DNA of 64,000 nucleotides. Origin: Blasia pusilla (lineage: Eukaryota). A program made the translations under genes and the position numbers. Below the pieces are notes generated by a model, which was given only the letters and a program-made list of their open reading frames with translations, made no database searches and was not told the DNA's origin. Positions within the stretch are counted from its first letter, which is position 1, and each line of letters begins with the position of its first letter. Of the stretch, positions 36,524 to 51,000 are shown piece by piece. The DNA is taken from contig CM114271.1 of the NCBI GenBank assembly GCA_050084515.1, positions 48,050,001 to 48,114,000 of the forward strand, in the 5' to 3' direction.

Positions 36524-39129
36524 GGACTTTTAACTCCAAGTTCCGTTGCTCTGCATTATGTTGTAGGACTTGTAATTCCAATTTCGGCATCTCAAGGTCT
36601 ATAACATCTACTATGGAATCAGTGGATTATTGCATAGCTTCGTCTAAAGAGCTCCTTTGTTAACGTTTACCTCTAATCCTAGTACCAAGGTTCTTCTTTT
36701 TCAATGTTCCCTCTTTAGTTTCAATTTCCTTGCACGTCCTTGAGTCTACATTAACACAACAAAAGTCGTTTCTTGAATTGAAAACATCCCATTCATGTGA
36801 AAATCATTGGAACATACATAAACAAATTAAAGGTGAAAGGCACCAAAATTAAGGGTATTATAAGCACCTTTAATAGGAGGAGAGGATGGTGGTGGATTGG
36901 TAGACATCCCTTCTAGACCCATTGGGGTCTCAAATGGCTCTTCCTCTATATTAGCAAACAATGAATTAGTTACATCTTGTATTTTCTTCATATGTAATGT
37001 TAAGCAACAAAGAAACATTAGGAATAACATTGATGTACATGGAGTCATAGGATCATGTATGATAGTGATGGGTGGAGTTTTTGTTGTATTTGATGTTTCC
37101 TCCTCCATTTGGTATCCATAAGTACCTCTCACGTCACTATTAAGACCAGGAAGAAGAGAAGTATCAAAGCTTCATACTCCCATGCTCTCTTGATCCACCT
37201 CTTGCCGCTTTGGAAGCCAATCTACTAGATCCTTATAGACCATCTTTTCAAAGGTTGGAGGTAGACCTCGATGCTTTCGATCCTTTTTTGATATACATGT
37301 GTCAAAAAAGGATAATTCCCCACTTATTGCCTTGCGTTCCCAGTCATGAACTTGAAAATTACATGATTATAAAATGAATTAAACCACATCATAATAAATT
37401 ATTTTTTATGGCAAACTTGCCTTTTTGAAGTCTTGGACAAGAGCACTCAACTTCTTTTTGCACGCCTTCCCATCACGAATGGATTGCGTCATTCTATTGT
37501 TGAAGCAAAAGTTGGCCACTTTTTTCCATTTCGTTTATACTATGGCCATAGTAGATTGAGTAGTGTGATTCAATTCTACTACTTCCATCTCATGTCGTTT
37601 TGCCGCTATCAACATTTTGATCTCCATAGGCATCCATGTAATCAACTTGTCCTTTTGTTGTGGTACTTGAGAGTCAAGTATGATACAATCATCATCTACA
37701 AGAGTTGCTTGCTACAATGAGAAACACACAAAACAAAAATGAGTACTAAAAATTTCAGTAATGAAAAGTAAGAAATACAACTTCCAAAATTTACATAATG
37801 CAAATTGGTACAAACCTCTATAGTAATTCAAATGAGTACCTATATAAGTAGAGTTGTACTCTAGCTCTCTCTTGTCTACCATGCAAGTCTCTATTGAGAG
37901 AATTTTAAAAATAAAAGAAAATTTTAAAATTTTCATTCAATTTCTCAAGAGAAAAGGTTGATAATACCTTGCCCATATTATAGATGTAGTCTCACTTGAA
38001 AAACCTGAAATTCAGAAAATAAATTTGGTGACTTTATTTGTTGCTTGATGTTATTGTTTGGCTTAAGCAAAAATTCCAAGAAAATAGATATAATCTTAAA
38101 ATTTTCTTACTTACAAATGTCATCACCTACAAACGTATATGGTTCACGACAAACGGAGAAAAGAATATGCGGTCTTTCTTGAGAGGGGATGTGTAGCGGC
38201 GGTGTTAATCCACAACCCGTTGAGACGTACATGTTAACCGGGGTTGAATCACAACGGCTTTCCAACCAATAACGAGGCGGCTCAATGATGTGCCGTAGCT
38301 CCTTGACACACCCGCTAGCTTGGATATGGCAATGCCTCCATGGAATGACGAGAATTTAGTTTTTTTGGGAAACATGAAAAATATTCCGAGAGTGTCACGG
38401 TTGAACGGCCCTTGTTCTATGTGGGTTCTGCCCACACTCGACGCAAGAGGGGAATTATTGCGCGAGATTGTGGTTTCCACTTTCAAATCGGGTTGATTAG
38501 TTTTGCAAGGAGTCCAACACTAGCACTCGTTGGGAAGGAGGAAGAGGACGCATAACAACATGTGGATTTCATTTCATTTTGCCTTATGCTGGAGGTCCAT
38601 GTAATCTCCCACGTGATGGCTTGATGGAGAGAAGTTCGTTATGCAAGGAGCTCAAATGTGTTGGATTTTCTGCGCCCAACACTTTCACGCACAGGAAATG
38701 TCAAATGAAGGTCGGCGCTCTGCCCAAGAGATTGGTAGTGATAGGGGCGGCTGAGGCATCTCTTTCTTTGCTTCTATTGTTTAGAGAATTTGTGATACTT
38801 CTACTCCGCTTAGGAAGCCTAATAGAGGCTGTTGCAAAGGTAGGAAGGCGCAGGTCTTGGGGCGTAATTTTGGGGTACTCACTAGTTAAAAGGAGTCTAA
38901 GTTGTTGAGAGACACCTGCGTTTGTTTATAACCAAAGGAACTTTGTTCACACAATGTCCGTATATTCACAACAATTCCTTCTGAACCCGCTTCACTAAGA
39001 ATAACATGGAATGATGCAATGTGTTAAGAATGATGCTTGCTGTGGCCTCTCACACGGTCGATAATCTCAACTCTAGCTGCTTGCATGGCTCCCCTACTTT
39101 TGCGGACATTACTAGCAAGACAATATGGA

Positions 39130-39286
39130 TGTGATGATGACTCATACTAGTGGGGACAATGCAGAAGGGTTGGATCCTTTTCGTAGTGGACGCCACGAAG
39201 GAACCTTTCAACCATCTCTTCATGTTTGATTACGACGCTTGGAAATGCTCTACCAATTGCAAGCACAATCGCCTTTTCGAGCGTAG

Positions 39287-39334
<48 letters not shown>

Positions 39335-39760
39335 GGGATATCACATTAGAAGTAAAGCGCTCTGTCATTTTGCATACCATTCGTCCCTCGATGGAATACG
39401 GGGCAGCAGTGTGGGATGCCAACACCAAACAAAGGGATAGGCTTGAAGTCGCATGCAGGTATAGGCGTTTGCTGGTATGATGTCAACCTCATCACGAACA
39501 ACCCGAGTTGGTGTGAGATCAGAACTAGGTGTGGAACCCTTGGAGGATAGACGTGACATTGCCAAGTTGAAATGGCGGAGGTGGATGGAGAAAATGGACT
39601 CCCATCGATATTCTAAAGAGGTGATGGGGAAAACCTGGACCCAAAAAAGACCCGTAAAGCAGGCCAAATCTTGGGCGAAAAAGGTTCAAGAGATTGTGCA
39701 AGCTTCCAAGCTCCCAGCAGGGCCTTAACTGTGGGAGCAAGATGAGAAAGCATTCGTGGA
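39130..39760 (+). mobile_element. LINE (RTE/RTEX-like) post-RT fragment containing a (TC)n tract at 39289-39331
   Basis: IRPSMEYGAAVW, GVRSELGVEPLEDRRDIAKLKW; 39342-39448 is the reverse complement of 54101-54208. Confidence 0.65.
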
Positions 39761-39776
39761 TACAATAACCAAAGCA

Positions 39777-39955
39777 TAACCTCCTTGGCTCTTGACCGGC
39801 TGTAGCGGGTCAAGGGCCACTTCCCAAAGTGGGAAGTCAACTATACTCTAAATGGAAATTTGCCAAGAATAGTAAGTTTTTCTATATGGCTCCAAATGAG
39901 CCGAAACGAAAGGGAAATCTGCTCTCGCAGGTTACTCGTGGCCTCAATAGGTCAT
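39777..39955. mobile_element. Fragment of the 16649/60894 LTR family
   Basis: cctccttggctcttgacc...tatggctccaaatgag...aggtcat aligns to ~17012-17190. Confidence 0.75.
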
Positions 39956-40389
39956 AGAAAGCTACAAAAAGAACCGGTTTGTTTTCAAACAACAATCGGC
40001 GCTGGAAGGTATGACAGGGGGCTAGGATGACGCCAATTTCTTGCGCCCAAAATTTGTGGTGGCAAGAATTACAACAACCCTGCCAAAAACCAAGGACGTC
40101 GACGAAAAACCCGTGACGCCGACCGTTTCAATAATATGTAGACCGTAGGATGTCTATGATTTGGCGTAACTACCAAGGTCGCCAACACAACTAGCCCCAT
40201 GGAATCGGGCCCTTAGTGTGAAGGACACATGGATATGTTAGATAGTGAAAAAAGGATATTAGATTGTATGTAGTGGCCATAATTATTCCCTTAATTCATG
40301 AAATAAAACGGCCTCGTACTAATTACATTTTCTCTTAACTCATAAGTCGTATCGTATTTTGGTTTGTAATAAGTCCCCATCTTATGAGG

Positions 40390-42020
40390 CCGCCACACTA
40401 GTTCGTCTAACCTATCCACGAACGAATCACATCTAATGAGTTTCTCCCCACCCCTCCGGGCCTCTCCATGCCTGCACATCGGTTGACCTTCGGATAAATA
40501 TTCGGAGCGCATTCCCCAAACAACCGGAAGCTTCCGTGAAACAGACTTTCAGTCCGTCCGGTTGGAACGGAAGAGTCTCCGGGAGGGAACTAAGACAATC
40601 CGTTGGTACGCGGCGCATACGACGACTTGCCTGCCGCTGAGGTAAGAAGGCAGGCGGAAGTACAGGAGGAATCGGGGTGGCGGACGGACCTAGTTAAACC
40701 GGCTCGAAAGGAGGACGGTGTATGGCTTTCGGCCGAGTAGGGTTTTAAGGCGGAGTCAGCAGCGACTCGGCACGGGGCTTCGGCGCTGGGCTTTGCCCCG
40801 GGCCCCGCTACGGCTTTGAGGCGAAGTGGTACGGGACTGCTGGAGCAGCCTCGCGCGGCCGCCAGAATGTCGATTTTTGCGCCGGTGCCGTGGCTGTCAG
40901 GACTGAGGACGGTTGGATGATTGGATCGGGAAGGTAGCGGAGGCGAAAGTTTGGTGTTAGGGTTGCAGGCGCTGACAAGCGGCAGTGGCAGCGGAATGGA
41001 CCATACGGTGACCTTGGAATGCAAAATCGGAGCGGAAAGTCCAGCAATGGATGGCAGGAGCAGGGAGTGTGCTGCGCAGGTGCAGGCGGTCAGATGTTCA
41101 AGGCGGGGCGGCGAATCATATCAAGGTAGCGGGGTTGACTGGAGGCGGTGGCGTGATTCGTTTCGACGAGACTCTGAACGTGTATAAGAGATCCCGCCAA
41201 GCCCGGCTGACCACCGAGATGTGAAGGAGAGGCGGAAGGCATGTCTCTGGATGGCATCAAGCCGATGGTTGTCGTTATTTGTATTTGTAAATGTGGTCCG
41301 TGAAACAGCGAGAGAAGCGGAGGTGCGACAACCGTGAGGAACTTGAATATGCTGACAGCAGGAAGGATTGTTGGTTTAGGACTAGATATTGTCGGGGCTT
41401 CGGATTGGGGTTGAGGTCGATTACCGAACTTACTAACCGAAGGAAGAAGAATGAAGAATCAGACTCCGATCCTCGAATGTCGTTAAAGTTACTCCTTTTA
41501 TGGTTCTGCCTTAACGGTACCGCCGCATGCAGTTACTGCTGTTGACTCATATACGCTACGTCTTATAGTCGGTTTGTAGCCACTCCGTCTTCCCTCGAAT
41601 GGTGGTTGTGCTTCGTCACCAGCTTTTATCGATCTTTCGTGAGCGTCAACCCTAAAGCCACCTGTAGTCCCCCTGCCGATGCACTCTCGCGATAAACCCT
41701 AAACCCCCAAGTGTTCAGAAAGGGGGAGGTTGTGTTATTACTTTTCCGCGAGTCATCCAGAGACCCATGTCATGCAGTCTAGGAAGGCTACAGACTCTAC
41801 CAATTCAAATACCAAGAAAGTCGGCGAAACTGAACGACGCGTCTGGGTACGTGCCCGCAAGTTCCCTTCTCATCAACGCCTGAGGGCTCGACGAACTCAA
41901 AAGTCTCAAATAACGGAGAGAGCCAGAGCTGCTGTAAAATCTCACCTCGAGGCGGCAGGGAAACTAGGACCTTGAGCGACTTGTGCTAGTTGGAGTGAAG
42001 CCACCAACTCGATCAGCGAT
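40390..42020 (+). promoter_or_regulatory. CpG-rich promoter / 5' leader region of the CTP synthase gene
   Basis: Abrupt rise in GC and CpG content compared with the CpG-depleted TE surroundings; lies directly upstream of the ATG. Confidence 0.55.
41694..41702 (+). promoter_or_regulatory. Telo-box (AAACCCTAA), with a second near-match at ~41648
   Basis: Exact motif ~320 bp upstream of the ATG; known in plant promoters of growth and translation genes. Confidence 0.45.
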
Positions 42021-45000
42021 ATGAAGTACGTGATTGTGACGGGGGGTGTGGTGAGTGGCCTGGGAAAAGGAGTGACGGCCAGCAGCATTGGCGTGGTTCT
42101 CAAAGGATGTGGACTCAGAGTTACTTCCATCAAAATAGGTATGAAATTGTCTTGTGATTTTTCCAGTAGTAATCCTGTTTGTAACGTCAAGCTTCAGGTG
42201 CACAGAATGGACTTCGGTCCGGACAATTGCACGTCTACCGAGTTGGTAACAAGGTATGGCTCATGGGATGGGGCAGTGAATTCTATAACTGTGCTCAATG
42301 CGAATGTGTTTTTCAACCTGGACGGTGAAAACTTGTTTCTTGAGCTCTTGCAGATCCTTACCTGAACACGGATGCCGGGACCATGTCGCCATTCGAGCAT
42401 GGGGAAGTCTTCGTTCTCGATGACGGCGGCGAGGTAACACTAGTGGAGTAGACCATGTGTATCCTTTTTCCTTCCTCTCTGTTTGTGCTACTTCCTCGCG
42501 CCCCTTATCTTCAATTTTCTAAGTGTGAGGCATTGTTTTCTTCCATGGTTTTTTGTCAGATGTTCTCTTTCCGACTTCATGTCCATTTCACCTCGACTAT
42601 CCCATCTGCGGATTGACAGAAGAATTACCAACAATTCCTTTTAATTCTGCTGCGTTGAGCTGGATAAAATTGATTACTGAATTCGCTGTTTCTCTCTGAA
42701 GGTGGACTTGGATCTTGGAAATTATGAGCGTTTCTTGGACATCACGTTGACGAAAGACAACAATGTCACCACTGGCAAAATTTACCAGGTATTTGCCTCG
42801 TTCCCCCATAGTGGGTTTCGCAATCATGTTTGACCGAAGTGAAAGTCGCCAAGAGAGAGCTGTCCACTTCTCTCATCCTTTCGAATGTTTTGCATACTTC
42901 GCAAGATTTTGTAGTCGCCTTTCTCTTTGGTCTGGATGGGGTTGTAGGAACCAATGATTTTCTTGGTGTGGTGGTCTCTTCGTGGACAGTCAGTGATAGA
43001 TAAGGAGCGCCGCGGGGACTACCTTGGAAAAACCGTGCAGGTTCGTAAGCATTACCCAATGCAATTCTGTAGTTTTAATCTTTACTTTTCAGATTGCTGC
43101 TACTGAGGTCCTTTCCGCTCAGGACGTTTATGACACTGTGCCCCAAGGGCGGTGGACCGCTTACGTAGTACTATCCCGATTTCGCTGTCCAAACTTATGC
43201 TAAGTTTGATTTACCGTTCGTAAGGAAAACTCAGGCTGGCTCGGGTTTTTAATCACATTTTGAGCATTTCTATTTGCCACTACACGCCGAATTACCGAGG
43301 ATTACCTTGACTTGGACTTACTCTGCGATCATCAGTAGAAGTTTGCACAAGCGGATGGCCGTGAATCACTTCAGAGGTACGTCGAGTAGAGTCGGCCTGA
43401 AATTATGGGTGGATTTGGTTGTTTCTCAGGTCGTGCCCCACATCACCAACGCAATTCAGGACTGGATTGAGCGAGTAGCTAAAATCCCTGTCGACGGTCG
43501 GGAAGGGGAACCTGATGTTTGTGTCATTGAATTGGGAGGCACCGTTGGTAAATAAACTATCCCCTCTTTCCCGTATGTTGCGAGACATTTCTGACGAAAT
43601 TTCGTGCCTGCCAAAATGCTTGCTACCCGGAGGAAACTCTAGTTGCGAGTAGTGCTTGTCATAGAGAGGAGAGTGCACTCATTCACTTGTACATGTCGTA
43701 GCTTTGCTACGGTTGGCCTACCTCCAAACGGGGACAGCTCTATTGACTGTGATGAGTCTCGAAGGAGGGAGTCGTGGACAATGTAGAATTTGAAGAGAAG
43801 GGAGACCACGTGGCTAGCTGGGAGTCTACTCAGACAGAGAACGGAAATCTTGGTGTGAGCATATCTTAAACTGGTACCTAGGCATGTTTGGAGACCGCCA
43901 ATGAGTTTAAACAAATAAGTGATAATTAACTGTATGACCACCCTGAAGTATCTCCCAGTTTTGTGTCATTCTTCAGATACTTCGGGGTTATCAATGAAAA
44001 GTGGGGATGCATAGAGTGCTAACCTGCAGGTTTCCCTGCAGGACATGATGTCAAGAGTTTTCATCCCGTAATGTACAAGTGGGACGACTTTCCTCAATGG
44101 ATTCTTGGAACAACTTTCCATGATTATGCCCATGGTTGTAGCCAGTCACCGTGGAAAGAGGATAGCTGTGATGAAGTAGGGTAGAAGTAACACTTCTGTG
44201 CTTTCTCTTAAGTCCGTGTAGGTTTTTCTAAAGTCTGTTACTCGTCTTGGAAGTGAAACCTAACCTAACCTAATTCTGTGATGAGAGAGTGCCCTCCAGC
44301 GGAAGACTGCCTTAGACTTTTGCAGCTGTGCTTGGTATGGTTAATTTGGATGTTAGTGCAATGCAATCTATGCACCATGAAAAATTAATCCATGTTTGAA
44401 ATTTGTGAGAGCCCTTCTACTCTATGGTCTATAGAAAGTATTATGGACCAGCTTAACCTGTATATCTATTGCACAGATTTCAAATTCAGTAGCCCAACAA
44501 CCATTCACATCTGACATGCGTTTTTCTATTGCTACTCAGGTGATATTGAGTCCATGCCATTCTTTGAGGCTCTCAGCCAGTTTCACGATCGTGTTGGTAA
44601 GTATGGTTCGCCAGGGATGGGTGTGTGTGTTGTCCTCTCTCAGTAAGTTTACTTGTCTTGTGGCCCATCACATCTCCCTGGAGTCAACTTGATACTTGGG
44701 ACTTATGTGTCTTCTATATCACCTGAAAGAACTTGTTATGGTAATGGGTTCGGAACTGCTCATGAAGAAGCCTTGACCTGCATCCTGCAAGTGGTTGGTA
44801 TTTTGTGAGGATGGGGCTATGCTTTCTTATATGATCCTCTGCTGTGCAGGTGCTGAGAACTTTTGCCTGGTTCATGTGAGCCTTGTGCCAGTGCTTGGAG
44901 TTGTTGGAGAGCAGGTCTGTCCTATACCTGTGCATGCACGGTTGTTAATCTGGAAGCCTCCATGTAAGAGTGGCTAGTACCAGCCTGAGCATCTTTGTGC

Positions 45001-48000
45001 TGGTTAGAAAGTACTCTTGGTGTGATCTACAACCCTTGTGGGAACAGGACTGCACTTGATGCATGTGTCAGTGTGTTTCACAGTTTGTCAATTGAGAGGA
45101 GGGAGATCAGAATATAAGTTAATACTCTGTCCGAAATTAAGGGTGACACTGTTCCCTCTCTTGATAATGCTTCTGGATTTGGTAGGGGTTGTATGTAATA
45201 TGGTATGAGTCATCAGCATGGAGATAATAGAAAGGGATAAGACAGACACGTAATTGAAGTTGTCCTTTCAAATATGTGCTAGGCCTGCGCCAGTTGAGGC
45301 TTTGTCTCTAGAGAGTTCTCAGTATTTAACAGACGTATTCTGATACCCAAAGGCTGATGGAACTCTCGAAATCTGTCTTTGTGGTGATTTTGTCAACTTT
45401 CCCCTACTAATTCTAGTCCCTGTCATCCCTTTGGCAGTTCCTACCTGTCTTCCTTGTTTTATGGTGTGTTGTCCAGATACTTCGTTGAAACAAACATTAT
45501 AGTTGGGTTGGATTGTGGTAATGTAGAAGAACATAGTGTCTTGTGTGATGATTGAAGACAGGCCCTAAAAGAGGACTTTTGACGACTGGTTGCAGAAGTC
45601 AAAGCCTACCCAGCACAGTGTCCGCGAACTACGAGCCTTGGGTCTAACCCCTCATCTCCTTGCTTGTCGCAGTGCTCAGGTACTTTCACTGCTAAGTTCA
45701 CCTGTTACCATCATAGTCTCGTCCGGTTCTCTTTGGATCAGTCATGCAGCTAACATGCTTCAAATGTTTCCATCTTGCAGCCTTTGGAGCAGTCAACAAA
45801 AGATAAGATATCTCAGTTTTGCCATGTCCCGGTAGGTTTGGTGTCATACTTAGGATGGTTTCAGCGCAATGTGGTTCATAATTAAGGTATTAAGGAATAT
45901 GTAGGGTGGAATGGTTTTTCTCTGGAAACGGTCTCCCTGAGCCGGTATGCTATGCAGACCTCATGAAATCTTCTTCGGCACTTATATCTTCTTGAACTTT
46001 AGAAGCCTAATGGTAAACTCTCATGTGAATAGGCAGCGCATATCTTGAATGTCTATGACGTCTCCAACATATGGCATATCCCACCACTTCTCAGGGTGAG
46101 TGGAAACAAAATTACATCTCTTTGTCCTCAAATTTTCCTTGCAAGCTGTGAGCATCGTGCTTTGTCATTGATGATACTGATTTTTTAATGATTTTCCTAT
46201 TGAGATAGTTGGTAGAAAGGGAGATACCCGTCAGAGCTCACATCCTCCCTTTGATCGTGCCAAACAGGACCAGAATGCTCACTTGGCAATCTTGAAGAAG
46301 TTCAATCTCTTCGATTCAAGGTTTATTACCCTGGTTCTAAATGATGCGTGTTATTTACTTATGAACCTACTCAGTTTTGGGAGATAATGGTAGAGGATTA
46401 TATATACTCAGAGAATGTTGTCTTTTGTGTTCTCAAGTTTATTACAATTGTGGGTGAAATTGACTTTTTGCTGCAATTGAACTTACAATGGATAGTGTGG
46501 TGGTATGTTATGCTGCAGCAAGATTCCTCATCCTCAACTTGATGAGTGGGAAAAAATGGCTGATGGTTGTGATAAGCTTACAATACCAGTAAGTCTTTCT
46601 TATCTGCAACTTCTGTATCATCTTGAACAGGTTGTAATGTCTCCATATAATGATACTACAAGATTAAGTGTGTTTTACCAGCTTAAGTGCTGATGTTGTC
46701 AGTGGTTGGGGTCTACTGTGATAGTGATATCTGGCTGAGTATGTCTCTACATTATTGGGGCATGTGTGATTCTATGTCTGTCTCTGTCATCACTTGTTCT
46801 ATTTCTCAATATGGTTTCCAAATATATGGAATGCATTCATTGTTAAAATCTCCTGATTCCAACATGGCATGAATTGTTACCTGTGGTTGTACAGGTGAAA
46901 ATTGCCATGGTGGGAAAGTACACTGGGCTTTCAGATTCTTATCTCTCAGTCATTAAAGTAAGTGTCTGGCTTACTCCTAAAAAAATTGGGTGCTCCTGAA
47001 TCTCGACATCTCTGATCTGAAGTTCTTTTTACTATACATGATGTTCACGTTTATAAATTGTAGTCATGGTAGTCTACAATCTGTTTCTTTGCTGTCTGTG
47101 AGCTTTTGTTAGTACCAAACCCTGAGATAGTTAAGCAAATTACTCTCTATGGTTCGGATTCATTTATAGAAATGCTGGGAGATAGTGTGAATGGAGTGAA
47201 TCAGCCAAGTGAATCTGCTTCCTTTTTTCATAAGTATTCATATTTCATTTCCTCAGAAGCTTTGCACTTCAGGTATGCAGAATTTGTACACATCTCAAAT
47301 AATGTGAACTACTGCCCAAGATGATTCTGACTTTATCATGGGATAGATGCACTCATTATGAGACAGGTTGTGCTGAATCTTAGTGCTAATCAGAAATTAA
47401 TTACTTCCCCACTAGTTACTCATTAGAATGTGTTTCCATAACTGGCAGAAAGTATGATCTGTGGGTGGATGTTAGCTTGTTGAAGTAATAGAAATTTCAC
47501 TTATAGACCTAAGTATAGTGATAGGTGTTCCTCACTACTACCAAGGCGTCCAGATTCCATTATTGGATGGTGTCATTGGTTGAAGATCCATTCTACTTCC
47601 GGGAAGATTTTGAAATTCATGTAGGAGATATTGAACTGTGGAGTGTCACTAAGTCAGTCAGTCATAAATCTGATTCCATAAAGTTGGAATATATAGAGTA
47701 TGGTCACAGTGTTCTAGGCACCTTTGAAGGTTCCTCCTGAAATTGTGTCAGTTCAAGGCCTATGATGATCTGTAATTGGAATCAGATGATGTTCTGGACA
47801 GAGCACATGTTGTCCCAAAATTTGTCACTACCACTGAGGCACTTGAAATAGCTATCTCTGATAGTTCTGGAGCAATAGCTGTTTGAGTAACTAATGGTTT
47901 CTTTCTTATTCTGTAGTTTTTTTTCAGTTTTAACTCTCCATGCATTCCAGGTCTTTGCTGGCTTGGATCGCCTAGTTTTATATCGCTGTATTGTGCCTAA

Positions 48001-51000
48001 GCTGATGTAGTTCAATGCAGGCTCTTTTACACGCAGCCAATGCCTGTTCAAGGAAGCTTACTTTGCAGTGGGTAGCAGCGACAGATCTAGAGGAAAGTGC
48101 AAAATTAGAAGTAAGTGGTAGCATTCATGTGTGTTGCATAGTGCTGGAAACTGACGACTTAGCCAGTGTTGGAACTGATTGTTATGGATGCCGGGATGGA
48201 TTCCAGATTTTCTTCAGATTAGGAGTGATCGTGTGTTGATTCTTGATATTTTTGATACTGCCTCTCAACTGATGGAAGTTTCTAGGGTGTACGTAGATAG
48301 TTACTGGTGGTATTTTGGACACTGCTGCATTGTTTTACAGAACCCTGAAGTACATTCAGCAGCATGGCAGGCCCTCAAGGTGAGGAAAGTTAATCCTATT
48401 TATTCTTTACCTTGAAGCTTAGTGTCTTCATACTTTTCATCAGATTTTAAACCAGGTGTGGCAGTGTAAGCACTAATGACTTGGACCTAAATAGATTTGC
48501 TACCTGCTAATTTATGTGTGCTTGGTAGAGTGCTGATGGAGTTCTAGTTCCGGGAGGTTTTGGCGACCGAGGTATTCAAGGGAAGATCCTAGCTGCCAAG
48601 TATGCACGTGAAAATCAGGTTCCTTATCTTGGGATTTGCCTTGGGCTTCAGATAGCTGTTATCGAGTTTGCTCGCTCGGTGAGTCTAGTCAGGAACCCTT
48701 TGTCATTCAAAATTTGAAGTAATGCTCTAATGTGATTTCGCACTCTGTGATTTTAGCAACAACTTATCCCTGCGTTTCATTAATTACAATTTGTATTCGT
48801 GTAGGTTCTGGGGTTGAAGGAAGCAAACAGCACTGAGTTCGATTCAGCTACACCTCAGCCCTGTGTTGTTTTCATGCCTGAGGTAGAAATCACTTTTCTA
48901 GTGTAGGCTCATCTTACTTCAATTGGGTGCTTACAGCTTCTCATTTCTTACAGATCTATGTCTTGCCTATGCCTGAGCTTCTGGGAAGCATGAAGGTCTG
49001 TGGCTGTGCATGGAAATTCTAGGGCCGATCTGTTCATCGTTTGGGGATGAAATTGCTCTGTTAACTGAGTAATGAGCGTCTAGTGTCTTTGGAGTATTCA
49101 ATTTTTGATTAAATGACCACTTTTGGGAAAGGCAAAGCACTACAACCCCATTAGATAAAAATCTCCAGGGCCTCCCTGAGTCTCAAACCCTTGATCAACC
49201 CCCATATTGGCAATAGCAAAGTATTGTCTTGGTTGCACTAGAACGTTCAGAATTCCTACTGTTTCTCTGGTTGTGTTGGAACAGTTACATTTTGGTTATG
49301 CCGAGTGAATTGTGTTTGGGGTATGCAGCCTCATCCAATCAAAAGCCACATGAGGACTCTGGTACCTTCATGGATCTTGTGTTTTGGCTCAAGGAATGGA
49401 CATGGAGAGAGCCAACCATTTGTGTTGAATGTGATGAACTCCTAAGAACATTTTGTGTCTCTCTCACCTTGAAAACTTTTGGAAAGCAATGAGAGGACAT
49501 GCAGTACTGTTGGAATAAAATTGTAATTGGAGTCCCACTGTACAGTGTATGTTGCTCTTTCAAGAATGGCTTGTAGAAAGAAGCCTAGGAATTCTCAGGT
49601 CCTAGTCATGGGGTTGTTAGGTTTCAATCCTTTATAGATGGGGGTGCCTCTTTTCAGTCCACCCTTGTTATAGTTTTAGGAATATAACGTGTGAGGGGCT
49701 AATGCTATGAATGTTAAGATCCATATCTAAAATTTATTTGTCTTACCACTCGATGCTTTCAGGTTTCCAAAACTCACATGGGTGCAACAATGAGGCTTGG
49801 ATCTCGGAGGACTTTCTTCCAAACCCCAAATTGTCTTACTGCTAAACTGTGTGTGATCTTGAATCCTTAGCAGATTTAAGTATCTTTTTGATATGGATGT
49901 TTTAGTTTGACGCATCTGTCTATCTTGTTGATCTCACATTGCAAGAATATAGATTGTGAGGTAAAGTCGTAAAGTGGCGAGTGCCTTAAAGAATTGGTCA
50001 GTATGTATTCGTACTGATTTACCTATAAATTAGTAGCAGTCTAAATCTCATTTTCATATGAATGTGCCCTTTTCTGACGAGTTAAATGGAGTAGTCAATG
50101 GTATGAGAGGTAGGTGTCATTTTGGTCCACAGCATCCTGTATTGTTTATGATAGGGATCTCAGTTAATTGATAGAACGGGTTGATATGTGGCAGCTATCA
50201 GACCCAGAATTTCATTGATGAACGACACAGGCATCGATATGAGGTAGATACTCAATAAAATCTTACAGAGTCTCTTCCATATAAAGGGTATGAAATCCTT
50301 AGTAGTATTTGGTATGACTTTTTTTGGGGACAAAGCACAGATGGTAATGTAATCATTTTGCTTCATGGTTATGCAGGTCAATCCTGAGATGGTGGAGAAG
50401 CTTGAAGCAGCAGGCCTTCACTTTGTAGGAAAAGATGCAACGGGCAAGCGGATGCAGGTACGCTGACAGGTCTCCTGTAATGGATACTATTGTATAAACT
50501 TCAATGTGGATGTTACATTTCCTTGTGATTGTTGAGGTATTGGCTTATGGAAGGGCATAGCTTGTTCTGTCCCACTCTGGTTCTGAAGTGAATAAGCTTG
50601 CAACAAATTAGTCTTTTGATCGGAAATTTTCCCCCTCTTTCTGGTATTTGAATACAGAAGGAGCTGGTGTATTTCACGATTCTAACTAGTTGGATTATTT
50701 TTTCCAGATCCTGGAGCTGCCTGGTCATCCTTACTATGTGGGTGTGCAATATCATCCTGAGTTCAAGTCTCGGCCTGTAAAGCCTTCGGCTGTCTTTCTA
50801 GGTGAGTTCCTAGTGAGGCATTCTTGGCTAGATACAATACAGTGTACAATTTTCAGTAAGTAGGAAAATTATGTGGGAAGTTGTCAACTAGAAGTTGGAT
50901 TATGAAATTTCTCAAAAGGAACATCCATCATCACGTCCAGTTGTGTGCAATCATGTCTTTTTGTCTTTTGGTCCTTGTGGAGGAGGGTTGTGTGGAGGGT

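Noticed and set aside
40590-41024. 144-aa minus-strand ORF as a gene
   Set aside because: No recognisable domain, non-ATG start, and expected by chance in GC-rich DNA; kept only as part of a finding.
42021-42365. 114-aa ORF as a standalone protein
   Set aside because: It is CTPS exon 1 reading through into intron 1 after the donor at 42139.
49140-49620. Possible MITE in CTPS intron 17 (acaaccccat...atggggttgt)
   Set aside because: Only a 10-bp inverted match, no clear TSD and no second copy in the window.
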